Part shown: positions 1 to 10,668 of the stretch, in pieces
Numbering within the stretch: the first letter of the stretch is position 1
How the letters are laid out: each line of letters begins with the position of its first letter
Source: an uncultured Gemmatimonadales bacterium
GTDB taxonomy: Bacteria; Gemmatimonadota; Gemmatimonadetes; Gemmatimonadales; GWC2-71-9
Direction: 5' to 3'
NCBI GenBank assembly: GCA_963739455.1
Contig: CAVUAK010000001.1
Location: 2,368,001 to 2,432,000, forward strand
DNA: 64,000 bases
The notes under the pieces: generated by a model
Databases searched by the model: none
The model's input: the letters and a program-made list of their open reading frames with translations, nothing else
What the model was told of the DNA's origin: nothing
Made by a program: the position numbers and the translations under genes

Positions 1-577
1 GACGCTCACGGTGGGGGCCACGGACTGGCCGCTCCCGATCCCGCTGGTGAAGGTGGATGACAAGTGGCACTGGGACGGTGCAGCGGGGAAGGACGAAGTG
101 TTCTACCGCCGCATCGGGCACTATGAACTGAAGGCGATCGCGGCCGTCAGGGGCGCGGTGTCGGCGGAGCAGGAGTACGCCGCGACGTCGCACGACGGGA
201 AGCCGGCGGGGACCTTTGCCACGCGCATCATCAGCCAGCCGGGCACGCAGGACGGCCTGTACTGGGCGGCAAAGCAGGGCGAGCCGGAGAGTCCGCTGGG
301 TCCTGGCATCGCAGCCGCCGGCGCAGAAGGGTACGACACGACGGGCGCGCGGACACCGTACCATGGCTACTTCTACCGGATCTTGCCGAACGGGTCGGGG
401 TTCGGAATCGTGGCCTTTCCGGCGGACTATCGCGAGAGCGGCGTGATGACGTTCCAGTCGAGCGAGTCGGGAGTGGTGTTCCAGAAGGACCTGGGCGACA
501 GCACGGCGGCGGTGGCGCAGGCAATGACGGCGTACGCGGTGGACTCGACGTGGACGGTGGTGAAGGACGACGAGTAG
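1..577 (+). CDS. DUF2950-family protein (5' partial)
   Basis: Open frame from the window edge. Motifs WPLPIPLVK, RRIG.NE-like, DGLYW, PYHGYFYRIL and YRESGVMTF are typical of DUF2950. Confidence 0.85.
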   Translation, partial: TLTVGATDWPLPIPLVKVDDKWHWDGAAGKDEVFYRRIGHYELKAIAAVRGAVSAEQEYAATSHDGKPAGTFATRIISQPGTQDGLYWAAKQGEPESPLGPGIAAAGAEGYDTTGARTPYHGYFYRILPNGSGFGIVAFPADYRESGVMTFQSSESGVVFQKDLGDSTAAVAQAMTAYAVDSTWTVVKDDE

Positions 578-598
578 GGAGTCGGCAGTCGTCAGAGC

Positions 599-631
599 AC
601 AGGGGGGCCCCGAGCGGGCCCCTCTGTCTTT
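599..631. terminator. Hairpin terminator between convergent genes
   Basis: acaggggggccc-cgagc-gggcccctctgt followed by ctttg, between the stops at 577 and 636. Confidence 0.65.
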
Positions 632-635
632 GTAT

Positions 636-3040
636 TCACTCCAGCTTGACCTGAACGCCATGGATGCGGCCATTGAACCTGAATGGCCGCCGCTCGGCGT
701 AGCTCGGCGATACCGGAGAGCCCAGGTCCACGCCAACGTCGAACGATTCACTAGGCGTGAAGGCTGCGGGGACGGTCCGCTTCACTGTCGTGCGCGCCAC
801 CTCCGTGCCGTCAACGCTGAGTACGACCTCGGCGGGTGACAGCGGGGCCTTGCCGGCGAGCGTAGTGCGGACCTCGATGCGGTGGCGTCCCGCGGGAATA
901 CGCATGGGGGAGCGGGCGGTATATCGCTCGATGATCATCATGTTGTACTCGTACACGAGCTGGCCGCGGTCCATGTACAGTGCCAGCCCGCCACTGGCAC
1001 CACCGAGCGCGTAGAGCACACCTGAGGCATTGGGGCCGAGATCAGCCTCGACCGTGACCAGGCTGTTCTGCCGGCCGAGCCCGGGCGCGGTGAACTCAGG
1101 CATGCGGGTTGTCGTCGTGTCGAATTGCCAGCTGGTGTACGGCGACTTGAGACGGTCCTCGGGGTGGATCCGGAGCCAGATGCCGGCGCCGATGGGGAAG
1201 ACCTTGTTGGCTTCGGCTTCCTCGAGGAAGAGCGCCTTCATCGCGGCGAGCTTTTCCGGGTTGGCGGCCGCCACGTCGTGAGACAGCGAGAAGTCTGTCG
1301 ACAGGTCGAAGAGCTCCCACACGTCGTTGCGCGAATCCCAGGTGGCGAGCCCCGGACTGACGTTGAGCCACGGCGAGAGCGGCCCGAAGGTGCTGGCGAA
1401 CCAGCCGTCATTGTAGACCCCACGACTCCCGTTGTTCTCGAAGTACTGCGTCTTCTTCCGCCCCGGTGCATTGGCGTCGGCGAAGGTGTAGGCGAACGAG
1501 GTCCCGTCGAGTGGATCCTGCGTGAACGCCATCCACCACTCGCGGCGGCGTGATGCCGATAATGTCGTACAGCGTCGGGACGATATCGTTGACGTGGTGG
1601 AACTGGGTCCGCGGCGTGGCGTCGGGCTTGATCCGCGCGGGCCAGGAGATGACCATCGGGTTCCGCGTGCCGCCGAAGTCGGATGCGACGAGCTTGGTGT
1701 AGCGGAACGGCGTGTCACCGGCCCAGGCCCAGCCGGCGTTGTACATGTTGTCGGTCTTCGGGCCGCCGAGCGCATCGAGGCCGCCCAGCTTCTTGAGCGC
1801 ATCGAGTTGCTGCTGCACGGTGTTCGGAATCTGGTTCTGGGCCAGCAGCTCGCTGATGGTGCCGTTCTGTCCCTCGGCGCTGGAGCCGTTGTCGCCCCAG
1901 ATGTAGATGATGATGGTGTTGTCGCGGATGCCGAGGCTGTCGAGCTCGGCGACCACGCGGCCGGCCTGGGTGTCGGCGTGCTCGACGAAGCCGGCGAACA
2001 CCTCCATGAGGCGGCGCTGGAAAGGGCGCTCCGACTCCGGGATGCTGTCCCATCCGAGCATGGTGGCGGGACGAGGGGTGAGCTGGGTCGAGTCGGGAAT
2101 CCACCCGATCTGCTTCTGCCGGGCGAAGATCTGCTCGCGCAGTACGTCCCAGCCGCCATCGAACTTGCCGCGGTACTTGTCGGCCCACTGCTTGAAGATG
2201 TGGTGCGGACCATGCCCGGCGCCGGGCGCCCAGTAGAGCAGGAAGGGTTGGTCGGGCGCAAACGCGCGATGGCGCTTCATCCAGGTGATGGCATGATCGG
2301 CGAGATCGGCGCTGAGGTGGTAGCGCGGATCGTTCGGGGGCTCGACCGGATTCAGGTTCTCGAAGAGCCGCGGTTCCCACTGCGACGTTTCGCCGGCGAG
2401 GAAGCCGTAGAAGTAGTCGAACCCGACGCCAACGCCGGTGGGCCAGAGATCGAAGGGCCCCATCGCCGTGGTCTGGTCGGCGGGGGTGTTGTGCCACTTC
2501 CCGATGGCGGCAGTCTTGTAGCCGTAGTCGCCCAGCACCTTGGCCACGGTGGCCGACGTGCGGGGCATGACCCCGACGTAGCCATCCCAGTCGACCGCTC
2601 GTTCGGCGATGGTACCGGAGCCCACCCGCTGGTGATTGCGGCCGGTGAGCAGGGCGGCCCGCGTCGGGGAGCAGATGGAGGTCGTGTGGAAGTGGTTGTA
2701 GCTGATGCCGCGCTCCGCGAGCGCGCTCAGTGTGGGGGTGTGCACCGGGCCCCCGAACGTTTCCGGAAGGCCGAAACCGACGTCATCCATCAGGATGATG
2801 AGGATGTTGGGCGCTTCCGGGGGCAGATGGTTGGGCCGAGCCCGGCGGACCATCTTCGATTCCTGCAGGCTCTGGCCGGCCACGCTCGCCGAGGGCACTG
2901 GGGGGAACGGAAGCACGGAGCCATCGGTGGGTGTGCCCGCGGTGGTCCGCCGGCGCCTTTCCGCAGGCTGCGCAGAATGCCACCAGACAGACCGTCGCCA
3001 GGCGGGCAAGAGCGGACGGGGTCCGGTGGGGTGATGCCAT
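636..3040 (-). CDS. Arylsulfatase, probable lipoprotein; two apparent indels (~2945, ~1528)
   Basis: GGAGG RBS then ATG at 3040 with signal peptide (LVAFCAAC). Motifs NILIILMDDVG, CSPTR formylglycine motif, GKWH, GDNG. C-terminal part continues in ORF 636..2261. Confidence 0.9.
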
Positions 3041-3096
3041 TGATGCCTCCCTGAATTGCGCGGCGCCAGGAAGGCGCGCAGTGACAGTCGAAGATT

Positions 3097-3124
3097 GGAA
3101 GAGGGAAGAGGGAAGAGGGAAGAG
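3097..3124 (+). repeat. Heptamer tandem repeat (GGAAGAG)x4
   Basis: Read directly; intergenic, upstream of pyrR. Confidence 0.9.
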
Positions 3125-3171
3125 GGGGTACGTTGCCTACGCACCGGATGCCCCTGTAGCTTCCCGCCCCG

Positions 3172-3710
3172 ATGCCTACCCGCACTGCAGTCATGGACGA
3201 ACGGGCCATCGCGCGCTGTCTCGCGCGGATGGCGTCCGAAATCGTCGAACGGGCCCGGGGCACGGAACAGCTCGTCATCGTCGGCATCCAGCGCCGAGGG
3301 GTCGAACTGGCCGCCCGCCTCAAGCGGCTCATCGACGACGCAGAATCCTCCCATATCGCCTTCGGCAAGCTCGACATCACGCTCTACCGCGACGATCTCC
3401 AGGCGGTGGGACCCCGGCCCATGGTCGGGGAAACCACGCTGCCCCGAGCTCGACGACAAGACGGTGGTGATCGTGGACGACGTGCTCTACACCGGGCGGA
3501 CGGTGCGCGCGGCGCTGGACGAGTGCGCCGACTTCGGGCGGCCGCGGCGGATCCTGCTCTGCGTGCTGATCGACCGCGGCGGCCGGGAGCTGCCGATCCA
3601 GGCCGACATCATCGGGGTCAGCATCAGCACCGGCGGCTGCCGACCGGGTGGACGTGCTGGTCAAGGAACTCGACGGCGAGGATGCCGTCGCCGTGGTGCG
3701 GGGAAGCTGA
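3172..3710 (+). CDS. pyrR: PyrR pyrimidine regulator / uracil phosphoribosyltransferase (indels ~3445, ~3638)
   Basis: [51 protein letters not shown] spread across frames. Confidence 0.92.
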
Positions 3711-4704
3711 TGCCGACACCACTGGGCAAGGACCTGACGGCGCTCGAGTACCTCTCGGCCGACCAGATCCGCCTGATCCTCGACACCGCCGAGCCGTTCA
3801 AGGAAGTGAGCGAGCGGCAGATCAAGAAGGTGCCGGCGCTCCGGGGCAAGACGATCGTCAACCTGTTCTTCGAGGCGTCGACCCGCACGCGCATCTCGTT
3901 CGAGTTCGCGGAGAAGCGGCTGTCGGCCGATACGGTGAACGTGGCGAGCTCGGGCTCCTCGGTGAGCAAGGGCGAGACGCTGGTGGACACTGCGCGGAAC
4001 CTCGAGGCGATGCACATCGACATGGTGGTGATCCGTCACCATGCCTCGGGCTCGGCGGAATTCCTGGGGAAGCGGATTCGCTCGAGCGTGATCAACGCCG
4101 GCGACGGAAAGCACGAGCACCCGACGCAGGGCCTGCTCGACATCCTGACGCTGCGCGACAAGTTCGGGAAGATCGAGGGACTCAAGGTGGCCATCTGCGG
4201 CGACCTGCTGCACAGCCGGGTGGGCCGGAGCAACATCCACGGGCTGCTCAAGCTCGGCGCCGAGGTGGCGGTGTGCGGACCGGCGTCGCTGATGCCGCGC
4301 GACGTGGAGGATGATGGGCGTGACGTTCATCCCGCGGATCGAGGACGCGATCCAGTGGGCTGACGCGCTCAACATCCTGCGGCTGCAGCTGGAGCGGATG
4401 ACGGCGGGCTACATCCCGTCGCTGCGGGAATACAACCGGGTGTTCGGGCTGTCGACGGCGCGGCTGGACCGGGCGCCCAAGGACCTGGTGATCATGCACC
4501 CGGGCCCGATGAACCGCGGGGTCGAAATCGACAGTGAAGTGGCCGACGGTCCGCACAGCGTGATCCTGCCGCAGGTGACGAATGGAGTGGCGGTGCGCAT
4601 GGCGGTCCTCTATCTGCTTGCTGGTGGCGCGCCGAATTGGGCTGATGACGAGGCGGGGAGGCGGGGAGGGCGGGAAGGCGGGGGAAAGAGGAGCGAGGCT
4701 ATGA
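3710..4704 (+). CDS. pyrB: Aspartate carbamoyltransferase catalytic subunit (indel ~4310; 3' end uncertain)
   Basis: [45 protein letters not shown]. Confidence 0.93.
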
Positions 4705-5993
4705 GCAGACCAATTCTCCTGCGGGGCGGACGGGTGATCGACCCTTCGCGGGGATCCGATGGCGTGGCCGACGTCCTTCTTCAGGGCGGGCGGATCGAGG
4801 CGGTGGGCCTCAACATCGGGAATCCCGATGAGGCGCTCGAGATCGACTGCGCCGGCAAGGTGGTGGCGCCGGGGCTGATCGACGTGCATGTGCACCTGCG
4901 CGAGCCGGGCCAGGAAGACCTGGAGACGGTGGCGACGGGTGCGATGGCGGCGGTGGCCGGCGGCTTCACCGGCATCTGCGCGATGCCGAACACCGATCCG
5001 GTGTGCGACAACCAGGGCGTGGTCGGGTTCGTGATCGCGCAGGCGCAGCGGGCGGCGAAGGCGCGGGTGTACCCGATCGGTGCCGTCTCGGTGGGGCAGA
5101 AGGGGCTGCAGCTCGCCGAGTTCGGTGAACTGGTCGGAGCAGGCGCGGTGGCGGTGAGCGACGACGGCAAGCCGGTGGCGTCGAGTCACCTGATGCGGAT
5201 GGCGCTGGAGTACGCGCAGACGTTCGGGATCCCGGTGGCGGACCACTGCGAGGACCCGACGCTGGCGGCAGGCGGCTCGATGCACGAGGGGATCATCTCG
5301 ACGCGGCTCGGGACTCAAGGGCATCCCGGCGGCGGCAGAAGAGATCATGGTGGCGCGGGACATTCTCCTCGCGGAGCTGACCGGGGGCCATGTGCACCTC
5401 TGTCACATGTCGACGCGCGGGATCGGTGGAGCTGATCCGCCGGGCGAAGGACATGGGTCTCAAGGTGACCGCCGAGGCGTGTCCCCATCATTTCGCGCTG
5501 ACGCACGAGAGCTGCCTGGGCTACAACACGAACGCGAAGATGAACCCGCCGCTCCGGGAAGACCTGGATCGCGAGGCGATCCGGCAGGGCCTCAAGGACG
5601 GCACGATCGACGTGATCGCGACGGACCATGCGCCGCATCACTACGATGCGAAGGAGCGTGAGTTCGACGATGCGCCGAACGGCATCATCGGGCTGGAGAC
5701 GGCGTTCGGCCTGGCGATGGCGGAGCTGGTGAACACGGGGCTCCTGTCGCTGCCCGACCTGCTGCTCCGGATGAGTACGACGCCGGCCCGCACGTTCAAC
5801 CTGCCGGGCGGCACGCTGGCGACGGGGGCACCGGCCGACGTGGTGGTGCTGGACCCGGATGTGCAGTGGGTGGTGAAGCCGGAGGCGTTCTATTCCAAGA
5901 GCCGGAACACGCCCGTTCGCGGGCCGGACCCTGACGGGCCGGGCGGACCTGACTATCGTCCGGGGCATGGTGGCGTACCAGCGGACGCCCTGA
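4701..5993 (+). CDS. pyrC: Dihydroorotase (indels ~5310, ~5420, ~5915)
   Basis: [48 protein letters not shown]. Confidence 0.92.
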
Positions 5994-6076
5994 GACGGCG
6001 TTACATTCGAGGCGAGATGCACCGGATTGCGCGGTGGCATTAGCCTTTCTGCAACAACTCTGTGAGAGGGTACGCG

Positions 6077-6971
6077 ATGGCTGATACCGATTCCCCCCTG
6101 GCGCAGGTGGATCACCTGCTGCAGCAGCGGGAACAGTACGAGCAGTGGCTTGCCCGCCTCGATGGCAGCGGTTCCAAGGCGCCAGATGCAGTGCGACAGA
6201 AGGTCCGCACGGACTACCAGGCCCGTCTCGACACGGTGATGGTGGAGCTGCGGTCGCATGTGGCATCGGTCGGAGACGGCGCTCTCCGGTCACAATGAAT
6301 CGCTCGCCTCCCTCGAAGCACGCCAGACGGACATCCAGGAACGCCTCGCCGAGGCGGAGATTCGTCACACGGTCGGGGAATACACCGACGACGAGTGGGG
6401 TGCGGTGGGCGCCGAGGCGGAAGCGGCGCTGGACGAGATCGGTCGCCGGATCGGGGCGGAGCAGGGGGAGATCACGCGGTTGTCGGCGGTGCTGCACCTC
6501 GTCGCCAAGCCGGCGCCGGCACCCGCGCCGTGGCTGCGCCAGCCCCGACGCTCCGGGTGCCGACGCCGATGCCGGCGCCGGTGATCGAGCCGGAGCCGCC
6601 AGCGGCTCCCGCGTCGGGGCACCGAGGTTCGTGCCGAAGACGCCGGGCGCGATGCCGCGCGCGTCGCGCACCGCCGCACCAAGCCGGTGGCCCCGGTGGA
6701 CGAACTCGCGTTCCTCAAGTCGGTGACGGGGGAGCAGGCACCGCGGAAGGCGGCGCCCCGGAAGTCGGACAGCGGGCAGATGCGCGCGATCGACGTGGCG
6801 CAGGAGCCGCCGGCGGTTGCGGTGGACAGCGACGCTTCGGAGGCGGCACCAGCGGCGCGGCCGGGTTCGACGGCCAACGTGAAGACGCTCAAGTGCGGGG
6901 AGTGCGGGACGCTGAACCGGCCGACGGAGTGGTATTGTGAGCGGTGCGGCGCTGAGCTTGCCGCGCTATAG
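6077..6971 (+). CDS. Hypothetical protein: N-terminal coiled coil, Pro/Ala linker, C-terminal zinc ribbon (several indels)
   Basis: ORFs 6062, 6258, 6395 and 6687 join into one reading. C-terminus KTLKCGECGTLNRPTEWYCERCGAEL has CxxC..CxxC. Confidence 0.7.
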
Positions 6972-6977
6972 GAAGAG

Positions 6978-7101
6978 CTGTCAGTCGGACAGTCGACTGT
7001 CGACAGTGAGTCGTGAGCCAGCAATCACTGAGAAGCGGCCTCCGTCATCACGGGGCCCTCTGTTTTCTGTCGACTCTCTGCCGACTGCCGACTGCCGACT
7101 G
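6978..7101. repeat. Inverted heptamer-repeat arms (AGTCGNC / GCCGACT) around a terminator-like hairpin
   Basis: Between convergent genes; central ggcctccgt-catc-acggggcc followed by ctctgttttct. Confidence 0.7.
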
Positions 7102-7107
7102 CAGGCT

Positions 7108-7369
7108 CTACTTCTTCCCCCAACTTCGCGACGGCCTTGGCCAGGCGGCTCTTCTGCCGGGCGGCGGTGTTGCGATGGATGAGGTTCTTGCGACCGGCGC
7201 GGTCGAGGACCTTCTGGGCGGCTTCGAACGCCTTGGCGGCCTCATCGGCGGTGCCGGCAGCGCGGACCTTCTTGACCGCGTTACGGAGCTGGCTGCGCTG
7301 GGCGCGGTTGCGCTCAGTGCGCGTCTTCGTTTGCCGCATGGCCTTCTTGGCCGACTTGGTTCGTGGCAC
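7108..7369 (-). CDS. rpsT: 30S ribosomal protein S20 (one extra G in a G-run near the stop)
   Basis: PRTKSAKKAMRQ...NRAQRSQLRNAVKK...LIHRNTAARQKSRL. Removing one G gives LGKK-TAG at 7108. Confidence 0.95.
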
Positions 7370-7417
7370 TATCAACCCCGGGTTCAAAAGCGTTCAAGTG
7401 CTGATCAGAGGCGGGGA

Positions 7418-7446
7418 TATATAGCCCCAGCCCCCATCCGGGTCAA
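7418..7446 (-). promoter_or_regulatory. Sigma70-like promoter of rpsT
   Basis: TTGACC-N17-TATATA on the minus strand. Confidence 0.7.
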
Positions 7447-7548
7447 GCGGAGGCGGTCGTTTCGGCTGGGCACCGGGGCCATTAGCTTACGCCCTTCGAA
7501 ACACGGCGTTTAGACCGCCCCGGACCTCCCACGAGCGGAACCACGACC

Positions 7549-8251
7549 CTGGACGCTTCAGCGCTCGCGACATTCGTCATCGCCTTTCCCGCCCTGATCT
7601 TTTCGCTGGTGGCGCACGAGTACGCCCATGCGGTGGCGGCGTACCGCCAGGGGGACGACACGGCGTACCTGCTGGGGCGGATCACGCTCAATCCGCTGCC
7701 GCACATCGACCCGATCATGAGCATCGCGTTCCCGGCGATCACGTTCCTGCTCTCGGGCGGGCAGTTCGTGTTCGGCGGGGCCAAGCCGGTGCCGGTCAAC
7801 CCGCGGAAGTACCGCAACTACAAGAAGGGCGACATCATCGTCTCGTCGGCGGGCGTGGCGACGAACTTCGTGCTCTCCTTCGTGTTTGCGCTGCTGTTCG
7901 TGCTGCTCGGCCTGCTGGCGCGGACCGCGCCCGACATGGTGAGCGTGTTCGACGCGGCGCAGCGGATGATGATGTGGGGCGTGTGGCTCAACCTGCTGCT
8001 CTGCTTCTTCAACCTGATCCCGATCCCGCCGCTGGACGGGTCGCACATCTTCTACTACCTGCTGCCGCCGGCGTGGGGCGCGAAGTACCGGGAACTGCAC
8101 CGGTTCGGGTTCATCCTGGTGCTGGTGCTGGTGTCGTTCCTGCGGCCGGTGCTCTCGCTGGTTCCTGACGCCGGCGTTCCTGCTGCTGAGCGCCATCATG
8201 CGCGCCATCGCCCCGTTCGCGGTGGGTGACGGGCTGCGGATCTTCGGATGA
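7549..8251 (+). CDS. Site-2 protease (M50); start approximate; indel ~8160
   Basis: HEYAH zinc motif, GRITLNPLPHIDP, AKPVPVNP, FNLIPIPPLDG. Confidence 0.9.
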
Positions 8252-8994
8252 CGACGACCGACGCGCCCACCATCGCCCTCGGCGCCACGCCGGGGTTCGT
8301 GGTGCAGCTGGACCGCTTCAACGGTCCGCTCGACCTGCTGCTGCACCTGCTGCGCGAGCAGCAGATCGAGATCGCCGACATTCCGATTGCGCAGATCGCC
8401 GACCAGTTCCTGAGCGTGGTCCACGAGCTGGGCCTCAACCAGGCGGCCGACTACCTGGACATGGCGAGCCGGCTGGTGCGGCTCAAGGCGCAGATGCTGC
8501 TGCCGCGCCGCTCGGAAGAAGAGGGGTGGGAGGACCCGCGCGCGGAGCTGGTGCGGCGACTGCTCGAGTACCAGCAGATCAAGGAGATCGCGCTCTGGCT
8601 GCAGCGGCAGGCGGATCGTCGCGCGCTGCAGTTCGCGCGCGCCTTCCTGCCGATGCCGCCGGAGCTGCCGCCACCGCCGCTGGAGCTGGGCCTGGTGGAC
8701 CTGCTCGCCGCGGTGGACCGGGTGATCAACGGCATCCCGTCACCGGTGATGCACCGGGTGGTGGTGCGCCCGCTCAATGTGGAGGGCGCGACGCGCCGCA
8801 TCGAGGCACTGCTCCTCGAGTCGCCAGAGATTTCCTGGCGGGAGGCGCTCGGCGCCAGTCCCACGATCGTGGACGTGCTCTCCACGCTGCTCGCCCTGCT
8901 CGAACTCGCGCGACGCGGCCTGCTGCGCGTTGCCCAGGATGCTCCCTTTGCTGCCATGGTGATCCGCCGTGAATCCCCTCTCCCAGCTGATTGA
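8248..8994 (+). CDS. scpA: Segregation and condensation protein A
   Basis: F.GPLDLLLHL, EDPRAELVRRLLEY, LALLELAR; adjacent to scpB. Confidence 0.92.
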   Translation: MTTTDAPTIALGATPGFVVQLDRFNGPLDLLLHLLREQQIEIADIPIAQIADQFLSVVHELGLNQAADYLDMASRLVRLKAQMLLPRRSEEEGWEDPRAELVRRLLEYQQIKEIALWLQRQADRRALQFARAFLPMPPELPPPPLELGLVDLLAAVDRVINGIPSPVMHRVVVRPLNVEGATRRIEALLLESPEISWREALGASPTIVDVLSTLLALLELARRGLLRVAQDAPFAAMVIRRESPLPAD

Positions 8995-9553
8995 AGCGGC
9001 GCTGTTCAGCGCGCCGCGGCCCCTCACGGTCGAGGAGCTGGCCACGCTCGACGCCGACGCGACGCTCGCCGACGTGCGGACCGCGATCGACGAGCTCAAG
9101 GAGCTGCTCGATTTCGGCGGGCACGGGGTAGAACTGACCGAGATGGCGGGTGGCTGGCAGATCCTGACCCGGCCGGCACTCGCCGAGGCGATCGAGCGGG
9201 CACAGTTCGCGGTGCGGACGCCGCGGCTCACGGGTGCGGCGCTGGAGACACTGGCGATCATCTCGTACCGGCAGCCGGTGGGCCGGGCGGAGATCGAGGA
9301 GATCCGCGGCGTGTCGGCGGGCGGAGTGCTTCGTTCACTGCAGGAGCGGGGACTGATCGAGGTGGTGGGGCGGAGTGAGGCGCTGGGGCGTCCACTGCTG
9401 TACGGCACGACGCCGTCATTCCTCGAGCTGCTGGGCCTCAAGGACCTGGCGGACCTGCCGAGGGCGGATGAGTTGATGATCGCGCTGCATCCGCATGGCG
9501 CGTCGACGACGGGGCCGGATGATGCGGCGGCGTATGTGGAGGCGGAGAGTTAG
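8969..9553 (+). CDS. scpB: Segregation and condensation protein B
   Basis: IEAALF, LETLAIISYRQPV.RAEIEEIRGV, GRPLLYGTT..FL. Confidence 0.95.
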   Translation: MNPLSQLIEAALFSAPRPLTVEELATLDADATLADVRTAIDELKELLDFGGHGVELTEMAGGWQILTRPALAEAIERAQFAVRTPRLTGAALETLAIISYRQPVGRAEIEEIRGVSAGGVLRSLQERGLIEVVGRSEALGRPLLYGTTPSFLELLGLKDLADLPRADELMIALHPHGASTTGPDDAAAYVEAES

Positions 9554-9554
9554 G

Positions 9555-9631
9555 AGTTCAGGGTTCAGGGTTGTGAGTTGAGGGTTCGGCGTTCAGGCCC
9601 CTCAACGCTTAACTCAGAACCCTCAACCCAG
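9555..9631. repeat. Inverted heptamer-repeat arms (GGGTTCA/GAGTTGA ... CCCTCAA/ACTCAGA)
   Basis: Intergenic; the left and right arms are imperfect reverse complements. Confidence 0.7.
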
Positions 9632-9641
9632 AGGAGGTTCA

Positions 9642-10523
9642 GTGGCGGGTGAGGGACGGAAGGACCAGGCGGGACGAGGGCGGGGGCCACGGCGACCGGC
9701 GAAGACCGGGATCGCCAAGGGACCGGCTGAGCCGTCACGCCCCAAGTCGGCAGGGCGGAAGCCACCGAAGCGGCTGGCGGAGAAGCCGGCCTCCGCGGAG
9801 ATGCGGGTGCAGCGGGCACTGGCGCAGGCGGGCGTTGCTTCCCGGCGTCAGGGCGAGGAGCTGATCAAGGCGGGGAAGGTGCGGATCGACGGGAAGGTCG
9901 CGGAACTTGGCAGCAAGGTGAATCCGTCGAAGCAGAAGATCACGGTGAACGGGCGGGTGGTGAAGGCGGTGGAGAAGCGGTGGCTGGCCTTCCACAAACC
10001 GCTGGGCGTGGTGACGACGGCAGATGACGAGCAGGGCCGTCAGACGGTATTCGACCTGATCCCGAATCATGCCGGGCTGACGTACGTAGGGCGTCTAGAC
10101 GTCATGACGACGGGGCTGCTGCTGCTCACGACCGATGGCGAAGCGGTGCACCGGCTGACGCACCCGAAGTATCATATTCAGAGGAAGTACACGGCACTGG
10201 TGCATGGGCGGTCCACCGCCGAGCTGACCGGTGCGTTGAAGGAGAACGTGGTGCTCGATGGCCGGCCGGTGATCCCGCGGGATGTGCGGGTACGCCCGGG
10301 GAAGGATGGCCGCAGCATCATCGACGTGACGTTCGAGGAAGGGCGAAACCGGCTGGTGCGGCGTTGGTGCGAGGAGCTGGGGCTCAAGGTGGAGCGACTG
10401 GCGCGGCTGAGCTACGGGCCGGTGCGGCTGGGGGACCTGCCGCCGGGGCGGTACCGGCCGTTGACGCCAGTTGAAGAGAAGGATTTGTACAGGGCGATAC
10501 ATCTAGATAGTGGGCAGTCGTGA
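9642..10523 (+). CDS. rluB: RsuA/RluB-family rRNA pseudouridine synthase
   Basis: S4 domain (LAQAGVASRR), HKPLGVVTT, GRLD catalytic motif, EGRNR. Confidence 0.85.
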   Translation: MAGEGRKDQAGRGRGPRRPAKTGIAKGPAEPSRPKSAGRKPPKRLAEKPASAEMRVQRALAQAGVASRRQGEELIKAGKVRIDGKVAELGSKVNPSKQKITVNGRVVKAVEKRWLAFHKPLGVVTTADDEQGRQTVFDLIPNHAGLTYVGRLDVMTTGLLLLTTDGEAVHRLTHPKYHIQRKYTALVHGRSTAELTGALKENVVLDGRPVIPRDVRVRPGKDGRSIIDVTFEEGRNRLVRRWCEELGLKVERLARLSYGPVRLGDLPPGRYRPLTPVEEKDLYRAIHLDSGQS

Positions 10524-10559
10524 GTCGGCAGTCGACAGTGAGTCGTCAGTTGAGAGTCC

Positions 10560-10657
10560 AGAGTTGAGAGTTCAGAGTTCAGAGTTCAGAGTTCAGAGTT
10601 CAGAGTTCAGAGTTCAGAGTTCAGAGTTCAGAGTTGAGAGTTGAGAGTTCAGAGTTG
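10560..10657 (+). repeat. (AGAGTTC/G)x14 tandem heptamer, preceded by AGTCGNC units (10515-10550)
   Basis: Counted directly; ends at the RBS of the MoxR gene. Confidence 0.95.
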
Positions 10658-10668
10658 AGAGGAATTAC

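Noticed and set aside
3041..3171. PyrR-binding attenuator upstream of pyrR
   Set aside because: No recognisable AGUCCAGAGAGGC-type loop or terminator; the region is a heptamer repeat.
3056..5435. Apparent PyrR-PyrB and PyrB-PyrC fusion ORFs
   Set aside because: Produced by indels. Each gene has its own ATG overlapping the previous stop.
636..8251. Apparent pseudogenes or programmed frameshifts in the sulfatase, pyrR, pyrB, pyrC, rpsT and M50 genes
   Set aside because: Single-base indels hit housekeeping genes with otherwise intact motifs, some in homopolymers, with no consistent slippery sites. Best explained as assembly error.
10560..10657. Possible CRISPR array
   Set aside because: Contiguous 7-nt units with no spacers, and no cas genes in the window.
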